Shown: positions 35,207-42,501 of the stretch, one piece after another
Position numbering within the stretch: the first letter of the stretch is position 1
Layout: each line of letters begins with the position of its first letter
Assembly (NCBI GenBank): GCA_030633595.1
Contig: DAOVSE010000001.1
Coordinates: 1-43,766, forward strand
Source of the DNA: Candidatus Altiarchaeota archaeon
GTDB lineage: Archaea > Altiarchaeota > Altiarchaeia > IMC4 > QMZM01
DNA length: 43,766 nucleotides
Direction of reading: 5' to 3'
Notes under the pieces: generated by a model
The model's input: the letters and a program-made list of their open reading frames with translations, nothing else
Database searches by the model: none
What the model was told of the DNA's origin: nothing
Program-made: the position numbers and the translations under genes

Positions 35207-36112
35207 ATGAGTAATGAGAAATTAATTGAAGAGATAGAGAGATTAAAGGAAAAGAGAAATGCGATTATACTGGCACATAATTATCAACCAGGCGAGATTC
35301 AGGACATTGCAGACCATCTCGGGGATTCACTGGGATTGAGTAGAAAGGCATCCAAAACAGACGCTGATGTGATTATATTCTGTGGTGTCCAATTCATGGC
35401 GGAAACCGCAGCCATTCTGTCCCCAGATAAGACAGTACTTCTGCCAGATGTAAAAGCCGGTTGTCCAATGGCAGATATGCTAACTGCAGGGAAACTCCGA
35501 GATCTAAAGAAAAAGCATCCGGATGCCGTTACTGTTGCTTATGTAAATACCAACGCAGAGGTTAAGGCTGAGGTCGATATCTGCTGTACCTCGTCCAATG
35601 CTGTTAGAGTGGTCGAGTCTTTAAAGGATGCTCCAGAGATCATCTTTGTTCCAGATAAATATCTGGCAGACTATGTATCCAAAAAAACCAATAAAAAGCT
35701 CATTGCCTGGAATGGATTTTGTCCGAGTCACGTAAAAATCCGGCCTGAAGATATACTGAGACAGAAGAGACTTCATCCAGGGGCTGAGGTAATGATTCAT
35801 CCAGAGTGTATTCCAGAGGTAATTGAACTGGCTGATGATGTACTCTCCACAGAGGGGATGTGTAAATATGTAAAAAAATCCCGTGCCTCTGAACTGATCG
35901 TTGGTACTGAGGCAGGGCTACTCTATAGACTGCGAAAGGAAAACCCTGAAAGGAGATTTTATCCGGCTTCAACCTCTGCAATATGTCCAACAATGAAGAT
36001 AATAACCCTAAAGAAGGTTCTTTGGTCACTACAGGAGATGAAATATGCGGTTAAGGTTCCGGATGATATCAGGATCAGGGCCGAAATGGCCGTAAACAGG
36101 ATGCTAAAATAG
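35207..36112 (+). CDS. nadA: quinolinate synthase
   Basis: 301 aa with ILAHNYQ, VQFMAETAAILSP, YVNTNAEVKA and IHPEC motifs. Confidence 0.9.
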   Translation: MSNEKLIEEIERLKEKRNAIILAHNYQPGEIQDIADHLGDSLGLSRKASKTDADVIIFCGVQFMAETAAILSPDKTVLLPDVKAGCPMADMLTAGKLRDLKKKHPDAVTVAYVNTNAEVKAEVDICCTSSNAVRVVESLKDAPEIIFVPDKYLADYVSKKTNKKLIAWNGFCPSHVKIRPEDILRQKRLHPGAEVMIHPECIPEVIELADDVLSTEGMCKYVKKSRASELIVGTEAGLLYRLRKENPERRFYPASTSAICPTMKIITLKKVLWSLQEMKYAVKVPDDIRIRAEMAVNRMLK

Positions 36113-36116
36113 CATA

Positions 36117-36845
36117 ATGGAGAGAATAAAAAAATATGTGGAGGGATTTAAAGGCAAAAGAGTAGCGGTGGCTTATTCTGGAGGGGTTGATAGTTCTCTA
36201 ATTGCATTCTATACTAAAGGCTTCGCTGACGCAATCCTTGTAAGAAGCGAATTAACCCCGAGATACATGCAAGAAAAAGCCAGAGGTTTTGCAAGGAAGT
36301 TTGGAATAAACTACAGGGTTTTGGACATGGAAATTCTGGATAAGATAAAGAACAATCCAAAGGACAGGTGCTACCTGTGCAAGAGAATGATCTTCCAGAA
36401 GATAAAGTCCATGGGCTATGAAGTGGTCCTTGACGGTACCAATGCGGACGATCTGAGGGAGGATAGACCTGGGCTTAAGGCAAACAGAGATGAGGGGGTT
36501 TACTCACCTCTGGCAGAGCTCGGATTGGGTAAAAAGGATGTCAGGAAAATCATGAGGGGGATAGACAAAGAGCTTTCACTACAACCCTCAGAGACCTGTC
36601 TTGCGACAAGGATTCCTTTTGAATCAGAGATAACCCCTGCCAGGTTGATGAGAATAGATAAGGCAGAAGACATGATAAGATCCCTTGACGTAAGCAGGGT
36701 GAGGGTAAGGGATCATTTCCCTTTTGCAAGGATACAGATCCCGAGAAAGGAGTTTGAGATCATCCTTGATTCAAGGGATCTGGTTCAAGGCCTTAAGTCA
36801 CTTGGGTATGAATACATCACATTAGATATGGAGGGTATGGAATGA
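36117..36845 (+). CDS. PP-loop ATP pyrophosphatase, LarE-like sulfur transferase family (TIGR00268-like)
   Basis: 242 aa with the AVAYSGGVDSS PP-loop and CYLCKRM Cys pair, plus DGTNADD. Confidence 0.65.
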   Translation: MERIKKYVEGFKGKRVAVAYSGGVDSSLIAFYTKGFADAILVRSELTPRYMQEKARGFARKFGINYRVLDMEILDKIKNNPKDRCYLCKRMIFQKIKSMGYEVVLDGTNADDLREDRPGLKANRDEGVYSPLAELGLGKKDVRKIMRGIDKELSLQPSETCLATRIPFESEITPARLMRIDKAEDMIRSLDVSRVRVRDHFPFARIQIPRKEFEIILDSRDLVQGLKSLGYEYITLDMEGME

Positions 36846-37960
36846 GAAAGATCTATCTGGATCATGCATCAACGACACCCGTCGACCTACGGGTTATGGA
36901 AGAAATGCTTCCCTATTTTACGGAGAGATTCGGCAATGCATCAAGCACGCACTCATTCGGAAGAGATGCCAGAAAGGTCCTTGACGATTCACGCAAGAAG
37001 GCTGCAAAAGCGATTAATGCAGAGACAGGGGAAATAGTATTTACCTCAGGAGGAACAGAATCAGATAATCTGGCGATAAAAGGAATTGCTTATAAAAAAG
37101 GGAAAGGACACATTATAACAAGCTGCATAGAACACAAGGCTGTCCTGAATCCATGCAGGCTCTTGGAAGAAAAAGGCTTTAAGGTTACATATCTTCCGGT
37201 AGATAAATACGGCAGGGTAGATCCTAAAGAGCTAGAGAATTCGATAACAAAAGATACATTCCTTATCTCAATAATGCACGCAAACAATGAGATAGGGACA
37301 ATCCAGCCAATAGAGGAGATGTGTGATATTGCAAGGGATAATGGTATAGTATTCCACACCGATGCAGTCCAGACGGCCGGAAAGCTTCCCCTGGATATGA
37401 AAAAGATGAACATCGATTTATTATCTATCTCAGCCCATAAACTTTATGGGCCGAAGGGCGTAGGCTTATTATATGTGAGAGAGGGAATAGGGTTGAAGCC
37501 TTTAATCCATGGGGGCGAGCATGAAAACGGCTTAAGATCAGGAACAGAGAATGTCCCAGGGGTAGTTGGTTTCTCCAGAGCTCTTGAGCTCTCAGTGAAA
37601 AAAATGGATAGGGAATCAAGGAGGCTTATAAGGCTTAGGGATAAACTCATCAAAGGGGCTCTTGAGATAGACAGGAGCTGGTTGAATGGACATCCAGAGA
37701 AGAGGCTTCCGAATAATGCACACATCACATTTTCGAGTATGGAGGATATAGACCTTGTATCCGAGCTTGACAAATACGGAATTGCATCTTCTGCTGCATC
37801 AGCATGCCTTACATATTCAACTAAAACATCACACGTCCTTTCGGCTATTGGATTGTCAGGAAAAGAAGCCCACAGGTCGTTAAGATTCACCCTTGGAAAG
37901 GATAATACCAAAGAAGACATAGAATATGTTATAAATAAAATACATGATTTAATAGGGTAA
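36842..37960 (+). CDS. nifS: cysteine desulfurase (NifS/IscS class)
   Basis: 372 aa with IYLDHASTTP, FTSGGTESDN, the PLP lysine in SAHKLYGPKGVG, and RSGTENVPG. ATGA overlap with the upstream gene. Confidence 0.85.
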   Translation: MRKIYLDHASTTPVDLRVMEEMLPYFTERFGNASSTHSFGRDARKVLDDSRKKAAKAINAETGEIVFTSGGTESDNLAIKGIAYKKGKGHIITSCIEHKAVLNPCRLLEEKGFKVTYLPVDKYGRVDPKELENSITKDTFLISIMHANNEIGTIQPIEEMCDIARDNGIVFHTDAVQTAGKLPLDMKKMNIDLLSISAHKLYGPKGVGLLYVREGIGLKPLIHGGEHENGLRSGTENVPGVVGFSRALELSVKKMDRESRRLIRLRDKLIKGALEIDRSWLNGHPEKRLPNNAHITFSSMEDIDLVSELDKYGIASSAASACLTYSTKTSHVLSAIGLSGKEAHRSLRFTLGKDNTKEDIEYVINKIHDLIG

Positions 37961-37961
37961 G

Positions 37962-39326
37962 ATGAATATTAGAGCACAAAAAACATATGAGGCACTCTTC
38001 GCATTGGAAGACCTTAGAGAGATTCTCAGAGCTACAGCTCCAGTGCATGAATTAAACGATGAGCAACAGGAGAGATTCAATAAAATTCTCAAAAGTCTGA
38101 GAGGGACATTAGACGAGATAGAGAAGGGGAGAGGCGAATCGAAGATTAGGTACATAGCTGATAAGATAGAACTCAGGAGCAAGGAAGAGGAATACATAAA
38201 TCTAAATCCTATTCAATCCGGAGGAAGACTTACTGCCGAAGCAAGGAAGGCGCTTATAGCGTATGGTGATGGATATTCTGTATGTGACTATTGCTTTAAG
38301 CCGTTCCGCCTTGATCACATAAAGAGGCCTCCTATTCAGGAATTCCACTCCGAGCTTGCTGAATTTGTGAACATGGAGGCTGTAAGGGTTGTAAGAGGAG
38401 CTCGGAGGGGCTTTCAGATCGTTGCAAACGCCCTCCTGGATAAGGGGGACATTGCCCTGATCGCTGAGGTCGGACACTATTCCCTTGGTCTTGCAATAGA
38501 AGCTTCGAGAGCAGAATGGAGGGAGATTCCCTTAAATGAAAACAGGATAGTAACCCCTGAGAAAACACAGGAAAAGATCGAAATGGTTAAAAAAGAAACA
38601 CGCAAGCTGCCTAAACTGATAGCTGTACCCCACATAGACTACATGTACGGGAACGAGCACGACGTTAAAGGGATAGCCAAGATAGCGCATGAATACGATA
38701 TCCCGTTCCTCTATAATGGAGCCTATACCGTTGGGATAATGCCCGTCGACGGGAAGAAGATTGGCGCAGACTTCATCATAGGTTCAGCGCATAAGAGTAT
38801 GGCTTCTCCGGCCCCCACCGGGGTTTTAGCCACAACAGAGGAATTTATGGGTAGGATCTTTAAGACAACCAGGAGCAAGGGGGATGTCTCAGGCAGGAAA
38901 TTTGGCATTAAAGAAGTGTATCTTTTGGGCTGTACTGTAATGGGTGCTCCGTTAATAGCGATGATGGCGTCCTTCCCAAGAGTTAAAGAGAGAGTAAAGA
39001 ACTGGGATGAAGAGGTGAAGAAATCAAACTACTTCATCCGGGAATTCCTTAGGATTGAAGGAAACTCTATCGTATCTGAGATGCCTAGGAAACACACAAT
39101 GACGAAGGTGGACTCCACCGGTTCATTCGACAAGGTGGCACAAACCCACAAGAAGAAAGGATACTTCCTACACAATGAGCTCTCCAAGAGGAAGATAACT
39201 GGTATCATCCCGGGGGCGACAAAACAATACAAGCTTAACACATATGGCCTCTCATGGGATCAGATAAAATATCTCGAGAATGCCTTCAGAGAGATAGCTG
39301 AGAGCTATAAAATTGGTGTGAGATAG
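37962..39326 (+). CDS. pscS: O-phospho-L-seryl-tRNA:Cys-tRNA synthase (SepCysS) with a roughly 75-aa N-terminal helical extension
   Basis: 454 aa with INLNPIQSGGRLTAEARKALIAYGDGYSVCDYC, NGAYTVG, the PLP lysine in GSAHKSMASPAP, and LLGCT. Collinear with my recollection of Archaeoglobus SepCysS from residue ~78 onward. Confidence 0.8.
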   Translation: MNIRAQKTYEALFALEDLREILRATAPVHELNDEQQERFNKILKSLRGTLDEIEKGRGESKIRYIADKIELRSKEEEYINLNPIQSGGRLTAEARKALIAYGDGYSVCDYCFKPFRLDHIKRPPIQEFHSELAEFVNMEAVRVVRGARRGFQIVANALLDKGDIALIAEVGHYSLGLAIEASRAEWREIPLNENRIVTPEKTQEKIEMVKKETRKLPKLIAVPHIDYMYGNEHDVKGIAKIAHEYDIPFLYNGAYTVGIMPVDGKKIGADFIIGSAHKSMASPAPTGVLATTEEFMGRIFKTTRSKGDVSGRKFGIKEVYLLGCTVMGAPLIAMMASFPRVKERVKNWDEEVKKSNYFIREFLRIEGNSIVSEMPRKHTMTKVDSTGSFDKVAQTHKKKGYFLHNELSKRKITGIIPGATKQYKLNTYGLSWDQIKYLENAFREIAESYKIGVR

Positions 39327-39331
39327 AAAAG

Positions 39332-41353
39332 ATGCCAACCCTGATCATAACTGAAAAACCAAACGTAGCAGAAAGAATAGCGAATTCTATAGGGGAGGCG
39401 GAGCAGCATAGAAAAGGGAAGGTTCGTTACTACAGAGTAGGTGATGTATTCGTTGCCCCAGCGGTTGGTCATATCTATACATTGAGGGAAAGAAACTACG
39501 GCGTCTGGAAGTATCCCGTCTTTGATATATCGTGGGTTCCAAGTTACGAGGCGAATAAAAACTCAAAGTTTACCAAAAATTATCTCGAGAATATAAAGAC
39601 CCTCGCAAAAAAGTGCAACAGCTTCATAAACGCGTGCGACTATGATATCGAGGGGGAGGTAATCGGATTTAATGTCATAAAATATGCCTGTGATATAGAT
39701 CCCTTTAAACAAAATGTGAAACGCATGAAATTCTCTACTCTAACCAAGGAGTCCATAGTTAACGCATACTCCGCACTCGAACCCATAAATAAGGGTATGG
39801 CCGACGCTGGAATTACAAGACATATCCTGGACTGGTACTGGGGGATAAATCTTTCTCGTGCATTGACCCTGGCCATAAGGAGGGCAAAGGGTTACACAAC
39901 CTTAAGCATAGGGAGAGTTCAGGGCCCGAGCCTAAAGATTCTAGCCACGAGAGAGAGACAGATAAGAGAATTCAAACCCGTGAAATTCTGGGAGCTCGAG
40001 ATGATCTCTCTCAAAGACAATTGTGAGGTAAAGGCATTACATTCGAGGGGGAAATTCTGGGAAAAGGAAGGGGCAGAGGAAACAAAGAAAAAATGCGGCA
40101 AAATTGCCATTGTCTCAAAGGTTCAAAAAAGTAAATACAAACAATTAGCGCCAGCACCCTTCGATCTAACCACCCTGCAGACAGAGGCGTACAGGCATTT
40201 GGGGATATCCCCCAATGATACATTAGAAACCGCCCAGGGGCTTTACACAGATGCTTATATAAGCTATCCGAGAACGTCAAGTCAGCAATTGCCAAAGGAG
40301 ATTAATTATCGGGAGATTCTTAAAAATTTAACCAAGATCAAGGAATACAGTGGAGGGGTGAAAGAGCTCCTTTCAAAAAAGAAACTGAAGCCGAATAACG
40401 GGAAAAAGAAGGATCCTGCACATCCAGCCATCCATCCAACGGGAGTGATCCCGGAGAGACTTACCTCTAATCAGGAAAAGATTTACGATTTAATCGTGAG
40501 GAGGTTTCTTGCAACCTTTGGCGATCCAGCAGTCAGGGAAACTGTTACGATAGAGTTGGACAATAATGGAGAGATATTCATCTCAAAGGGAACGATAACG
40601 AGTGAGAAGGGGTGGCATTCCCTCTATGGAAAATATGCAAAATTTGAAGAGAATCTACTTCCGGATCTGAAGAAAGATGAAAAACTAAATGTGAAGAAGA
40701 TAAACCTCCATGAAAAGGAAACTCAACCCCCCAAGAGGTATACCCCATCATCCATTATCAGGGAGATGGAGAAGAGAAATATTGGAACGAAGGCAACGAG
40801 GTCACAGATCCTGAATATCCTATTCAGGAGGGGTTATCTCCATGGAAAATCGATTGAGGTAACCCCTTTGGGCTTAAATGTCGTAGATACTCTTGGAAAA
40901 TACTGCCCCGAGGTGTTGAGCGAAAAATTAACCCGAAAATTCGAAAAGGAGATGGAGCAGATCGAATCTGGAAAAATTCCCCCAGAGAGGGTCATTGAGG
41001 GAGGGAAAGAGACCATAATTCGCATATCAAAGGAATTTAATGAAAATGAAGAGAAGATTGGAAAGGAACTCGCAAAGTCCTTACAATCGACAAAAGCAAC
41101 TGACAAATATGAATCCATGGGTAAATGCCTTAAATGCAACGGCAATCTTATTCTTAGAAAGTCAAAATTGGGGGGGCAGTTCCTTGGATGTAGCAATTAC
41201 CCCGATTGCTGTTTTACCATATCACTGCCGAAATCCCGTTTTAAAATCTCAGGAAAATGCGAGCACTGCGGATACGCTAAAATTATCATTTTAGGCAAAA
41301 AGCCGTGGACTGTCTGCGTTAATCCGGAATGCCCAAGCAAGAAGAAGACCTAA
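39332..41353 (+). CDS. topA: type IA DNA topoisomerase (archaeal Topo I/III)
   Basis: 673 aa with the TOPRIM LIITEKPNVA, AVGHIY, DYDIEGE, the catalytic Tyr in ISYPRTSS, and two C-terminal Cys4 zinc ribbons. Confidence 0.9.
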   Translation: MPTLIITEKPNVAERIANSIGEAEQHRKGKVRYYRVGDVFVAPAVGHIYTLRERNYGVWKYPVFDISWVPSYEANKNSKFTKNYLENIKTLAKKCNSFINACDYDIEGEVIGFNVIKYACDIDPFKQNVKRMKFSTLTKESIVNAYSALEPINKGMADAGITRHILDWYWGINLSRALTLAIRRAKGYTTLSIGRVQGPSLKILATRERQIREFKPVKFWELEMISLKDNCEVKALHSRGKFWEKEGAEETKKKCGKIAIVSKVQKSKYKQLAPAPFDLTTLQTEAYRHLGISPNDTLETAQGLYTDAYISYPRTSSQQLPKEINYREILKNLTKIKEYSGGVKELLSKKKLKPNNGKKKDPAHPAIHPTGVIPERLTSNQEKIYDLIVRRFLATFGDPAVRETVTIELDNNGEIFISKGTITSEKGWHSLYGKYAKFEENLLPDLKKDEKLNVKKINLHEKETQPPKRYTPSSIIREMEKRNIGTKATRSQILNILFRRGYLHGKSIEVTPLGLNVVDTLGKYCPEVLSEKLTRKFEKEMEQIESGKIPPERVIEGGKETIIRISKEFNENEEKIGKELAKSLQSTKATDKYESMGKCLKCNGNLILRKSKLGGQFLGCSNYPDCCFTISLPKSRFKISGKCEHCGYAKIIILGKKPWTVCVNPECPSKKKT

Positions 41354-41387
41354 TTTTTATGGAAAGAATCGAATATTAAGCTCTATA

Positions 41388-41567
41388 GGGCCCGTGGCTC
41401 AGCATGGTTAGAGCGCTCGACTGATAATCCCTTACAGTGGCTCACAGTCACCGGGCTAATTGCCCCTTTGTGTGCTAGTGTACTGCGTTCAGGATCATTC
41501 CCTTGGGGGTGGTTCAATAACGGGATCATAAATCGAGAAGTCCTGAGTTCAAATCTCAGCGGGCCCA
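41388..41567 (+). tRNA. tRNA-Ile (anticodon GAU, 41423-41425) with a 105-nt intron at the canonical 37/38 position (about 41427-41531)
   Basis: Acceptor GGGCCCG/CGGGCCC, D arm GCTC..GAGC, anticodon stem CTCGA/TCGAG, loop CTGATAA, T arm CTGAG-TTCAAAT-CTCAG, discriminator A, and no encoded CCA. The intron ends can form helix-bulge-helix (TGAT/ATCA flanked by CCC/GGG). Confidence 0.85.
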
Positions 41568-41812
41568 ACGAACCCCTTTCTTTACAAAAGAAGGGTGTTT
41601 ATCCCCCAAGAAAGGAATCTGCTTCGGAAATTCAACAAAGAATTATCCTGTGTCGTCGAGCGTTAGCGAAGACGGCACAAAGCGTGAACCGATTTCGCGG
41701 TTCAAAGAAAGGAATCTGCTTCGCAGATTCAACAATTCCTAAATTTCCGTTAAGAATGTATCTTGAGTGTTCCGACGGTAGTCAATCACATTCGCTTCGC
41801 GAATTCAACAGA
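41568..41812. repeat. stem-loop array with a 97-nt-spaced internal duplication, between tRNA-Ile and the RNase P Pop5 gene
   Basis: AAGAAAGGAATCTGCTTCG occurs at 41608-41626 and 41705-41723. Hairpins: GAATCTGC-TTC-GCAGATTC at 41712-41730, GAACCG..CGGTTC at 41686-41703, and ATTCGC-TTC-GCGAAT at 41790-41804. TTTCTTTACAAAAGAA is shared in reverse with 34553-34568. Confidence 0.75.
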
Positions 41813-42157
41813 TCATTTCTCTTTCAGATATTTCTCCCTCGTCCTTTTAACGGTACCGGAAACGCCGAGGATATGGAGAATAACCCTCTCCCTGTTGATC
41901 TCTTTTACCAGAGCCAGCGCGGATCTTACCTCATCGACGCTCTTGTGATTTACCTTCAGGATTCCCTTCTTTTTTTTATCATCCCATTCCATGACCCAAA
42001 GGCTTGTTCTACTAGCACCGAGTTCTCCGAGAAATTGAAGTACCGAATTCCAAACGGCTTTCACTACATCCCCTCTTTCAATATCTGAATCGCTTATGAT
42101 TTCAAAGGCCATATACCTGTTCCTTTCCCTCAAACTTGGCAGTATCTGTTTTGGCAT
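41813..42157 (-). CDS. rnp2: ribonuclease P protein component 2 (Pop5/Rpp14)
   Basis: 114 aa with LPSLRERNRYMAFEI...FLGELGASRTSLWVMEWD...GILKVNHKSVDEVRSAL...GVSGTVKR. Confidence 0.8.
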   Translation of the reverse strand: MPKQILPSLRERNRYMAFEIISDSDIERGDVVKAVWNSVLQFLGELGASRTSLWVMEWDDKKKKGILKVNHKSVDEVRSALALVKEINRERVILHILGVSGTVKRTREKYLKEK

Positions 42158-42264
42158 CTTTAAAGAAATTTATGATATCATATCTATAAGAATCAGTAGG
42201 TTTAATGTTTACCCCGATCCGGACCAGTGCAGAACAAATCTATCTCAACAAAACCACATGACAG

Positions 42265-42387
42265 GATGCGAAGGATTCGAATGCATATGGATGCCGATAG
42301 TGGCTGTGGCCATATACTGGACGTGGATAGTATGGCAGTACAGGAGAACAGAATAGACAGAAATCAGTATTTATTGGGTTGATTTCT
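42265..42387 (+). repeat. dispersed roughly 110-120-nt repeat, copy B (pairs with 23097-23202)
   Basis: See copy A. This copy lies about 115 nt upstream of the second COG2865 gene. Confidence 0.6.
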
Positions 42388-42501
42388 TTGCCAAAAACAT
42401 GGTCAGGAACTTACCATAGTTTTCTTTATAAAAGTCTAATTTAAATTATAAAAACATAAAATTCTGTAGACTTTTAATTCCAGCAATCTAATAGATTAGT
42501 G

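Noticed and set aside
41468-42088. 206-aa plus-strand ORF
   Set aside because: It begins inside the tRNA-Ile intron, runs through the hairpin array, and then lies antisense to the well-supported Pop5 gene. Its sequence is low-complexity with no recognisable motifs.
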